This document shows, in pieces, positions 1 through 10,020 of a stretch of DNA of 64,000 nucleotides. The position numbers and the translations under genes are program-made. Numbering within the stretch: position 1 is the first letter of the stretch; every line of letters starts with the position of its first letter. The stretch comes from Eledone cirrhosa (taxonomy: Eukaryota), in NCBI GenBank assembly GCA_964016885.1, contig OZ024744.1, forward strand, positions 103,788,001 through 103,852,000. Reading direction: 5' to 3'. Below the pieces are notes generated by a model. The model was not told where the DNA came from, made no database searches, and saw only the letters and a program-made list of their open reading frames with translations.

Positions 1-1008
1 AAAAAAAAAAAAAGAAATTTGATATTCTTTAAAAAACATTTCAACAGGAACATTTATTTTCGATGAACCATTGCCTTTTTGTTCATCGTTTTCTTCATCG
101 TTCAAGTCTTTTTTTTTTTCTTTCTCCAAAGTTCACACCAATAATTATGCTGAGTGAAGCCTTTCTTTTTCATCATTGTCACTTTCAAAATTGCACTATC
201 ATTTTCTCGCGCGTTAGAAATATTATTTTTTCAACCTTGTATTGGCACGTGTAGGCAGCACAAATCCTCGACTCACAGAGATAGCCGCACGCCAGAGATA
301 ACATTTCTCGCCAAGGATTCTTCAGCCTTAAGCTATATTCTTCTATTTGCCGGTTTATAAATTTACAATGTAAATTTACCGTTGATAACCGCGCATTTAT
401 TAAGAATGCTTATTTCTCTGGTCGCTGGCCTCTTGACCCTTCCAGGTCAACGCATTCTCAACATCGACCATCAACTTCGGCTGCTATTTCTAGCACTTTG
501 CGCAACTCATTTTTTTCTAAAAAAAAAATTTTTTTTTTTACTGTGAATTTAAACACCGAATACGCTCACTCAGCGAGACAACAGCAGCAGCAATACATCA
601 ACACAGCTTCACCAACAACCAAAGCCAGAGAATTTATTTTTGCAGCACTCTTCCTGTGAGAAAATCCATTCGGAGGTTGGAAATTTCACGATATACCACA
701 GAACAGAAACCACCTGCATTCATTCTCGGGAACACACTTTCTTTCCTGCTGTCATGTGATTACACACCTGTGAACTATATTTTGTACATTTGAGCTCTTC
801 TCTTACTTTATTACATTGTATCTTTGGGTGATGGATAGATGGATGTCCAGTCGTTCTCTGGCCAAGAGCGGTTGGCTACCTTGATATCTATCATTGATTT
901 TTGCAAACATTCTTTTGTCGTAATTTTCATGCCTGTTACAACATTCTCGCCAACTTGCTACATATTTTCATTTCGATTTTTATACACTAAAATTCTGGCG
1001 GGAGGTTA
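1..1008 (+). mobile_element. Non-coding internal region of a (probably non-autonomous) LTR retrotransposon, ending in a PPT-like tract
   Basis: Ends in CTGGCGGGAGGTTA directly before an LTR starting TGTAGCG (1009). No coding ORF. Composition resembles the 5' leader of the Gypsy element at 2470-3320. Confidence 0.5.
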
Positions 1009-1418
1009 TGTAGCGGTTGTCTCCCTTGTTTGGATCTAGACGGGAAGTAGAACCCTTTCTGCAACTTCCGGTCAGAACCCTATAAAACTAACAACTTTAA
1101 GCTCTCATTCTCTCATTGCCCTTCCGGCGCCCTGGCTTTAGCCAGGCGTCCTCTGCCAGCCGCGTTTGCCTGGCAATCAAAACGGTAATGACTAACTTTG
1201 TTTCATTCTATCATCTATTACTTTGACATGTCAACTATACTATCTACCATTGTTAATTAAATATTATACACACCAACAATGTATACTAACTTTGTTTCAT
1301 TCTATCATCTATTACTTTGACATGTCAACTATACTATCTACCATTGTTAATTAAATATTATCTACACACAAACAATGTATTCCTTGTTACATTCATACAA
1401 CCCAGTATTCTCGCTATA
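1009..1418 (+). mobile_element. LTR (family A), likely a 3' LTR, with an internal ~94-bp tandem duplication (1191-1284 / 1285-1380)
   Basis: Termini TGTAGCG...CGCTATA. Reverse-complement homologue of 4993-5322. TATAAAA at 1081. Abuts RTE coding sequence at 1419. Confidence 0.85.
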
Positions 1419-2226
1419 GTGTACTTGCCCTCACTGATACTGATAAGAAGGTAGCTTGGAAGTGTCACTACGATAGACTACTGAATGTGGAGAATGAATG
1501 GAATAAAGATAGTTTGCCCCACATTGATCCAACAGAAGGACCAGCTGTGCAAGTTAATGGTAGTGTAGTAAGTAAGGCAATCAAAAATATGAAGACAGGC
1601 TGCACCTTCGGAGATAGTTGCTGAAATGTTGAAGGTATCTGGAATGGTGGGACATACTATGGTCACCCGGATAGTAAACCAAGTAATACAGAATGGGATC
1701 ATACCAAATGACTGGAGTAGCAGGATCATCAACTGTTACTAGGGCAAAGGAGACGCCCTGGATAGAGGAAACTATAGGGGTATTAAATTAGTTGAGCAAG
1801 TCATGAACGTCACAGAAAGACTGAATTGATCTAGATGAAATGCAGTTTTGGTTTGTGGCAGGTAAAAGTATCACGGATGCTCTTTTCCTTGTACGGCAAT
1901 TTCAGGGAAAGTACTTGGCTAACAGTAAACCCCTCTACTTAGCTTTTGTTGACCTGCAGAAGATCTTTGACAGAGTTCCGCGCACCTTAATCTGGTGGGC
2001 TCTTAGAAAACTAGGAGTGGAAGATTGACTTGTGAGAGCTATACAAGCCATGTATAGAGAAACAGTCAGCAAGATTAGAATTAACGAAGATTATAGTGAT
2101 GAATTTAGCGTAATGATAGGGGTACACCAGGGCTCCGTTCTTAGCCCCCTCCTCTTCATTATTGTCCTACAGGCTATAACAGAGGGGTTTAAGACTGGCT
2201 GTGCATGGAAACTTCTATATGCAGAT
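1419..2226 (+). mobile_element. RTE-clade LINE copy 1, 5' part of the RT region (decayed)
   Basis: Translates to KKVAWKCHYDRLLNVENEW, MQFWFVAGKSITDALF, LAFVDLQKIFDRVPR, GVHQGSVLSPLLF, LLYAD. Contains stops and frameshifts. Confidence 0.92.
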
Positions 2227-2232
2227 TGTAAC

Positions 2233-2454
2233 TGTAGTAAGACGCCTCACGCTCCTTGATAGAACAACGCCAGAAAGAAAAGCCAGACAGCCACTGGAAA
2301 GCCGACGGATCACACGCCAGAAACCAGCCTCTGTACAACACCATTGTTTGTGCTACATCAAAAAATAAACGTATATTTCATCTCTAATTTCTGCTGTTGA
2401 AATAATTATTATGTCACTCGTATCTCGATAACATCTATAACTAATACTGCTAAA
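2233..2454 (+). repeat. Gypsy 5' LTR
   Basis: Direct repeat of 7743-7977. About 3 substitutions and one 13-bp indel by eye. Confidence 0.95.
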
Positions 2455-2455
2455 G

Positions 2456-2470
2456 TGGTGACCGACGTAA
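2456..2470 (+). promoter_or_regulatory. Primer-binding site, tRNA-Trp-like (degenerate)
   Basis: TGGTGACCGACGT 1 nt after the 5' LTR. The canonical tRNA-Trp PBS is TGGTGACCCCGACGTGAT, so two C are missing here. Confidence 0.7.
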
Positions 2471-3327
2471 GAATTTAACGCAGCCCTTCTTTTTCATTCA
2501 GTTGAACTTTTATTGCCACATTGCCGGCCTTTTTTCGCAACTTGCGAAAATAAAAAATATTCCTTTTAAAATTATTGAAAAATTAGTAGTATTTCAAAAA
2601 CTTTTTGCTACACTCGACAACAACAACGACAGCAGCATCAGCGACAACATTGTTTAACCACTGACCAAAACAGGGAATAGTGAGTGGCAGCTTCATAGCC
2701 TTACCGACGCAAACCACCACACATCGGAAATATCAAAACGATTCATTCGTGTCGATAATTGAGAGCAACTTTTTTTTATTCACTTGAATATTTTTCATTT
2801 CCGTTGCCAACTTTTTCGCAACTTACAGAAGAAAAAAGAAAAAAGTGTATTTTTCCAAGGTTTGCGTTGCGTTCCTTCCCAGTTTTGAAACGGACACATT
2901 TTTTGAATTGCGTGTGTGTTCCATGACTGGTCAAGAGAGAAGAGACTAAACTTTTTTTGTGAACATAACTGCCCCGCATGGGGATATACATGCCTTACCT
3001 TTTTCTAAGGGATTTTTAGCCACTGGCTACCTTTGTTGATATCCAACGCGGATATATTTTTTTTAAAAAAACAAACATTTTTTTTCCTCCTCTTTGATTT
3101 GGCTGGTTCGTTGAAGCAACGCGAGGGGACAGACGTTGAAGGAAAGTTTTTTTTAAAAGATATATATCTGTATTTTATGTATTTTTCATATTTCCTTATG
3201 TTTTGAATGTCTGTTTCTTTTTGCCCTTTAACTTTTTCTCAATATTGGCTGTTCTCTTTTCACTGTACAAGGGTACATTAATTGCTGTGTAGATATATAT
3301 GTATATATTTTTTTAATAAAAGTTAAC

Positions 3328-4104
3328 ATGAATGTGCCACATTTGCCCGCCTTTACTGGAAAACCTAAGATGTGGTTTGCCCAGTTACAGGCGTATTTTA
3401 CGGTCTGTAAGACCGAATCTGACCAGCGCCTCGCTGTACTGTTTAGCGGCCTTCCCCCCAATCTAGCAGATTCGGTCCAAGACCTAATTACAGACCCCCA
3501 CTCTGACTTGACGTATGAGTTTTTGAAGGGCGAGATTTTGAAGAGGAATTGTAAGTCGGTAGAGAGTCTTTTTCGGTCATTGATCGAGGACGAACGATTA
3601 GGTGACAGGACCCCTACCGCTTTCCCCCGGCATTTGCGGGATTTGAGCGATTCCCAAGATCAGGATAGCCCTTTGCTGAAGCAATTGTTCTTCTCTCGCC
3701 TACCTCAAGAGGTACAGGCGATCCTAGCCCATATGCTAGAGGTGAATACCCTGGATCACATTGCTGTCTCTGCTGACAAAATTGTAGAGGTGACGAAGAG
3801 AGACACTTCGAAGCCAAAGTACGTTGCTTCCTTTTCTCTTCCTCAATCACGCTCATCAGCGTCTGATGGCAATTTAATCACCACAATGGAAGCCATGACT
3901 CGTCAAATGGCGGAGTTGTGCAAGGAATTCAGGTCCTTTGGACGGCAGAGGAGCCGCTCACGACGTTATTCAACTTCTCGCCACCGTAGCCCTTCCAACA
4001 CACCAGGAACACCATATTGTTATTACCATGAGAGATATGGTAAAAAAGCCGCCCGTTGTAGGCCTCCTTGTGCTTACGAGGGAAAAGACGACCAGAGTCA
4101 CTAA
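3328..4104 (+). CDS. gag: Gypsy Gag (258 aa, intact ORF)
   Basis: N-terminal LPAF...WFAQL, LGDRTP motif, RS-rich tract, C-terminal CYYHERYGKKAARCRPPC knuckle typical of this Gypsy lineage. Confidence 0.88.
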   Translation: MNVPHLPAFTGKPKMWFAQLQAYFTVCKTESDQRLAVLFSGLPPNLADSVQDLITDPHSDLTYEFLKGEILKRNCKSVESLFRSLIEDERLGDRTPTAFPRHLRDLSDSQDQDSPLLKQLFFSRLPQEVQAILAHMLEVNTLDHIAVSADKIVEVTKRDTSKPKYVASFSLPQSRSSASDGNLITTMEAMTRQMAELCKEFRSFGRQRSRSRRYSTSRHRSPSNTPGTPYCYYHERYGKKAARCRPPCAYEGKDDQSH

Positions 4105-7100
4105 CGGCGGATAGTGCGCTCTGCGAAACATCTAACCGCCACTTTTTCATTGAGGACCTGCTGTCAGGTAGAGCTTTTCTGGTTGACACAGGTGCAGCTT
4201 GTTCCGTATGGCCTGTGTGTTGTATGAAGGAGACTCCCCCTGAGACGCCTATTGAGTTGCAGGTAGTAAATTGTTCGCCGATTCGAACTTTCGGACAAAT
4301 CTCGTTACCTTTGCAGTTTCGTAATCTGCGGCGCGAGTTTAAATGGATATTTACTGTCGCTGCCTTGCCGTATCCGATTCTAGGCGCGGATTTTCTCCAC
4401 CATTTTTCATTGACGGTGGACCTTCGTGGTAAACGCCTAATTGATGGCATCACGGGATTAACTGTTGTTGGCTAGGCAGCAGGAGTTCCAACGGTTAGCC
4501 CGACATTTTTTCTTGCTAACACCGGTGATCCTTTCCATGCGTTGTTGAACTCGTTCCCGCAACTGACTCGGGGAAATTTTCGATTTGATGAACCAACTCA
4601 TACCACGGAGCACTTCATATCTACAACTGGTGCTCCCGTTTTCTCTCGTCCTCGTCGCTTGCCTCCGGACAAACTCAAAGCAGCACGATCAGAATTTGAT
4701 CATATGCTGCAAATGGGGATTATTCGTCCGTCCACGAGCCCGTGGGCGTCCCCATTGCACATGGTACCGAAAGCGAATGGCGATTGGAGACCTACTGGAG
4801 ATTATCGACGCCTGAATTCGATAACGGTACCGGACCGTTATCCTATCCCTCATCTGCAAGACTTTGCGTCTTCGTTGCAGGGATGCAAGATATTCTCCAA
4901 ACTGGATTTAATTCGTGCGTACCATCAAATTCCTGTCCATAAAAATGACATTCCAAAAACGGCTATAGTTACGCCATTTGGGTCTTTCGAGTTGTAGCGA
5001 GAGTACTGGGTAGTATGAATGTAACAAGGAATACATTGTTTGTGTGTATAATATTTAATTAACAATGGTAGATAGTATAGTTGACCTGTCAAAGAAATAG
5101 ATGATAGAATGAAACAAAGTTAGTAGTTACCGTCTTGATTGCCAGGCAAACGCGGCTGGCAGAGGACGCCTGGCTAAGGCCAGCCAGGCGCCGGAAGGCC
5201 AAAGATGAGAGGCAGAGCCAAATGAGAAAGTTGTTAGTTTTATAGGGTTCTGACCGGAAGTTACAGAAAGGGTTCTACTTCCCGTCTAGATGTTAATCCA
5301 AACAAGGGAGACAACCGCTACAGAGTTTTTGACTATGCCGTTCGGATTAAGGAATGCCGCTAGTACTTTTCAGCGGTTTATGGATGAGGTTACTCGCGGC
5401 CTCGATTTCGTCTATACCTATATTGACGATCTGCTCATTGCTAGTTCTTCTCCAGAGCAGCATACGCACCATTTGAATCTTCTTTTCCGCCGATTGAAGG
5501 CGTATAACGTGCAGCTTAATGCACCCAAATGTGTTTTTGGTGCTGAGTCACTGACTTTCTTGGGTCACGTCATCGATGCTGACGGTATTCGACCCCGGCC
5601 TGAGCGAGTTAAGGTCATAGAGGATTTGCCTCCACCGACCTCACTACGTCGGTTACGCCAGTTCTTAGGTCTGGTTAACTTTTATATGCGTTTCGTGCCA
5701 AATTGTGCAACATTGCTTTTCTCCCTGACAGAAATTTTGAAAAATTGTCGGAGGAAGAACAAAGATATTTCTTTGACAGACACTCAACTTGCTGATTTTC
5801 AGCACGCCAAAACTGTTTTGGCTAATGCTTCGTTACTGACGGTGGAAAGCTAACGCTTTGTGTTGATGCATCGGATATCGCTGTGGGCGCAGTACTACAG
5901 CAAAACATCAATGGTTACCAGCAACCGCTGGAGTTTTTTTCCAAAAAGCTAAATCCTGCTGAGACGCGCTACAGCACCTTTGGAAGAGAGCTTTTAGCCA
6001 TCTATTTGGCCGTGAAACATTTTTCACATGTGCTAGAGGGTAGACAATTTACTATCCTCACTGACCATAAACCATTGACTTTTGCTTTGAGAGCGAAGGC
6101 TGATAAATACTCGCCCAAAGAGACGAGACACCTTGATTTCATCTCGCAATATACGAGTGATATCCAGCACATTCCGGGTTCACTAAATACAGCGGCCGAT
6201 GCTTTGTCCCGCTTACCCGTGACAGCGATCTCGTCATCCTCTGACATAGATCTGACTCGTTTGGCTGCGGATCAGCCTCCCCTTGAGTCATTAGATGTCA
6301 CATCGCCCGAGTTTGCGAATTGCGAGATGAAATACTTGCCTCTGTCGACTGCAGTTGGCCAAATTCTCTGCGACGTCTCTTTGGACGTGCCTAGGCCCTT
6401 CGTTCCAGAGAATCATCGTCGGACCGTGTTTCTGGGATTACATTGTATCTCGCATCCAGGATCTTCTGCCACAGCAAAGCTCATATCAGCTAGATTTTTC
6501 TGGCCAAATATGAGGCGGGAAATTGCTGCTTGGTGCCGTTCCTGCGTCGCTTGCCAGAGATCAAAGGTCCATCGACACGTCAAGGCTCCCCTGGGTACCT
6601 TTGCTAACCCAGATGCGCGTTTTTCACATTCATATTGACATAGTGGGACCTTGGCCCGTCAGCGATGGCTTTTCTTATCTACTTACCGTCATTGACCGTT
6701 TTTCGAGATGGCCTGAGGCCATCCCCTTGAAAAACATCACCGCGGAGACAACAGCACGTGCTCTTGTGTCTGGATGGATCTCTCGTTATGGAGTTCCATC
6801 CACAATAAACGCATTAGAACTACGGCATACCATCCCGCTTCGAATGGTATGGTGGAGCATTTTCACCGACAACTGAAGGCCTCCTTAATGGCCTCAATGG
6901 ACTCGGCGCATTGGAGCGAGTACCTCCCTATTGTGCTACTAGGGATTCGGTCAACGGTGAAGGTCGACTTTGGATTTTCACCGGCCGAAGTACTGTACGG
7001 TGCCCCTCTGACGTTGCCCGGGAAAATGCTTGCCCCTATCGATCTTGATGCCCAAGATCACGCTTCCTACGTGTCCCGTTTGCGCTCCTATTTCCAGGAT

Positions 7101-7511
7101 TTGCCGCCAATGGACACTAGGAAACAAACTGTCAAGACTGCTGTCCCGAGGGATATTGCCTCGTGGACGCATGTCTTTGTAAGGAATGATACGGTGAAGC
7201 CCCCGCTCACACAGCCTTACACTGGACCTTACCGTGTCTTAGCGCGCTCGGCTAAGCATTTCACGTTAGATATTAAGGGGTCCAGGGAGACAGTTACATT
7301 AGACAGGCTTAAGCAGGCTCACCTTGACACGGACGCTGTGGTTCCTGATCCACGAACCCCTTCGTATTTGCCTGTTGAGCGAACGACTGTTGCTGAACCA
7401 CCATCATCGCTTGTCCCTACACCACCACCATCGCCACGTTACAAGACCACGACCCGTTCAGGTCGTAGGGTCCACTGGCCCCAAAAATTTTGCAGCACCG
7501 TCTATATTTAG
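4068..7511 (+). pseudogene. pol: Gypsy Pol (protease, RT, RNase H, integrase), disrupted
   Basis: LVDTGA protease; [26 protein letters not shown] (RT); FFSKKL, RELLAIY, TDHKPL, ADALSR (RH); H-H-C-C and HIDIVGP, NGMVE (IN). In-frame TAG at 4473, LTR insertion at 4993, frameshifts/deletions near 5850, 6625, 6805. Confidence 0.95.
4993..5322 (-). mobile_element. Solo LTR (family A) inserted in the Gypsy RT
   Basis: Perfect termini TGTAGCG...CGCTACA, 4-bp TSD GAGT (4989-4992 / 5323-5326). Excision restores PFGSFEFLTMPFG. Confidence 0.93.
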
Positions 7512-7742
7512 ACTATGTTAGCTGCACCTTTTTTTTGCCTCTGTGTTTCTGCTTTTTCTTTGCCTTGTTTTTTTATGCATGCATGTCGTTTTTTTTTTAA
7601 CATTTTTCAAATCCTTATTCTGATTCTGGATTCAATTTTTGCTAGAGCGGATAGTTCCCCCTTGTTGCATTGTTCGCCATCTTACTCCACATGTGAGTAA
7701 TGACATCGATTTTCGATAATTTGAAAATCTGGCTCGAGGTAC

Positions 7743-7977
7743 TGTAGTAAGACGCCTCACGCTCCTTGATAGAACAACGCCGGTTGAGAACGCCAGAAAG
7801 AAAAGACAGACAGCCACTGGAAAGCCGACGGATCACACGCCAGAAACCAGTCTCTGTACAACACCATTGTTTGTGCTACATCAAAAAATTAACGTATATT
7901 TCATCTCTAATTTCTGCTGTTGAAATAATTATTATGTCACTCGTATCTCGATAACATCTATAACTAATACTGCTAAA
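7743..7977 (+). repeat. Gypsy 3' LTR
   Basis: Direct repeat of 2233-2454, preceded by a weak PPT-like CTGGCTCGAGGTAC. Confidence 0.95.
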
Positions 7978-8736
7978 TAACGAATAGATGGAATTGTTGG
8001 TATGATGGTTTCAATGCAAAGAATAATACCGGATTGTGTTGTTACAATGTTTAGTTTATTATAACAATATTCAATTTGAATATTGAAGGATAAAATCTAT
8101 AACATGAAATATTCGTACAATAATTTGGTGGCTCTTCGAGTCACGTAAATACAAGTATCACAGAATACGATTATAATATAATTTGTATTGTATCTGAAAG
8201 ATACAATATGACAGACAGAAATGATGCGTGTAAAATGCAAACAGTGTGAACTTACTATGTGTGCGTGTGTGTGTATTAGTATACTTTCTTGTCTTAGCAA
8301 TTGGTAGTATTCAATCAGCCAGGCGGGAATGGCGTGTGAGAAATTAGTGGACAGACTGGTTTTCGTGAAGGGAGTATTGACAGCATTGGTGAAAATACGT
8401 GCTCTCTTATCTGTGGTCTCACTTTTTCTGCTGGGCGTAAACAACCCTTGTATTTATAACTTCGTTGAAGTTAGAAGGATGGATATATCATCTGACCTGT
8501 GGTTAGCATCTCCCAAGGGGTTGGTCTGCTGGGCGTAAACAACCCTTGAATTTATAACGGTTGAAGTTAGAAGGATGGATATATCATCTGACCACTTTTC
8601 TGCCAGTCGTAAACAACCTCTGACCTGTGTTTAGCATCTCTCAAGGGGTTGGTCTGCTGGGTGTAAACAACTAACCACGGCTTGTCCCAGAGGCGGGAAA
8701 GCTCAGATTCGGTTTTGAATCTTCGCCGCCGTTATA

Positions 8737-9942
8737 AGATGATCTAACTTCATAGCTGAATCTATGGCTGAACTAGAGAGGAAGTTCCAAACATGGAAGC
8801 ATGACCTAGAATCAAAAGGCCTTAGAGTCAACTTGTCGAAGACTGAGGTTCTAGTATGCAGAAAGGAGAATAGGGCACAGGAACCCTCTGGAAAATGGCC
8901 ATGCTCAGTGTGTAAGAAAGGAGTAGGCAGAAACTCCATTCTATGTCCCAAATGCAAAATATGGGTACATAATAGATGTAGTGGGATCAGAGGTGAGCTA
9001 TCTAAGAATGTAGATTTTATATGCGGCTGATGCTCAGGTGCAGTAAGTAGCAAGGGCCCCCTGGATACTATCACCTTGAACTGCCCAGATGGTTCTATAG
9101 AAATGGTAGACACTTTCCGTTACCTGGGTGACAAAATCAGCAGTGGAGGAGGGTGCTCTGAAATTGTAGTAGCCAGAGTTAGAACGGGATGGAAAAAGTT
9201 CAGAGACCTTATACCGCTGTTGGCCACAAGGGGTTTTTCTCTAAAAATGAAAGACAGATTGTATGATGCATGTATATGAACGGCGATATTACATGGCAGT
9301 GAGACTTGGGCATTGTGTGCTGAATACCTTCGTAGACTAGAAAGAAATGAAGCTTGCCTGCTCCAATGGATGTGTAATAGTAACGTGCGCGAAAGACGAA
9401 GCATAAACGAACTAAGAGGGAGACTAAGCATAAGAGGTATCAAATGTTGTGTTCTGGAGAGGAGATTGCGTTGGTATGGACATGTGATGCATATGAAGGA
9501 TGACAGCTGTATAAAAGAGTGCAGGGCAATGAAAATTGATGGAAGCTGAGGAGTGGGTAAAGACAATGACACTAGATCGAGATCTTTGGTGTCATGCAGT
9601 TATACAGAAGACCCAACTACCATTGCATATATACCTACAGTCAGTAGGCACCTCTTAACAAAATGTACACCTCACCGCCACATCCTACCCCACCTTCCCT
9701 CTCCCGTTCCGTCCACTGTGTTGATGACACAACAGTCCACACTGTAGGAGACACAGTAAAAAGGCTTCCAGTCCACACTGCAAATATGATAGGTGTTAGG
9801 AAGGGCATCCAGCTGTAAAAAAACCTGCCAGAGACGCTTCCGTGCAAGCGAGTCATGGTCTCCCGACCATTCCCGCATCAAATGGAACAAAACTATCTAA
9901 CCCATGCTAGCCTAGAAGATAGACATTAAACGATGATGATCA
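8737..9942 (+). mobile_element. RTE LINE copy 1, 3' part with long 3' UTR and (GAT)n tail
   Basis: DL-IAESMAELERKF, Cys-rich finger, FRYLGD, RRLRWYGHVMHM. The 3' UTR contains GGTGTTAGGAAGGGCATCCAGC and ends ACATTAAACGATGATGAT. Confidence 0.9.
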
Positions 9943-10020
9943 TATATAAATGTGTGTGTGTGTGTGTATGTATATATATTGTGTATGTGTAGATTTGTAT
10001 ATGTAATGACTTTATGTAAG

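Larger units (their letters stand above)
2233..7977 (+). mobile_element. Ty3/Gypsy LTR retrotransposon, near full length, inactivated
   Basis: Paired LTRs 2233-2454 and 7743-7977, TSD TAAC (2229-2232 / 7978-7981), gag then PR-RT-RH-IN domain order. Confidence 0.96.
2227..8736. mobile_element. Solo LTR-like element (family B, ~760 bp: 2227-2232 + 7982-8736), split by the Gypsy insertion
   Basis: Termini TGTAAC...GTTATA, flanked by 4-bp TSD AGAT (2223-2226 / 8737-8740). Removing it restores RTE TAT GCA GAT GAT CTA (YADDL). Internal repeats CTGCTGGGCGTAAACAACC at 8428-8670. Confidence 0.8.

Noticed and set aside
3929-4453. 174-aa antisense ORF over gag/protease, and other antisense ORFs over RTE copies
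   Set aside because: Shadow ORFs of retroelement coding strands.
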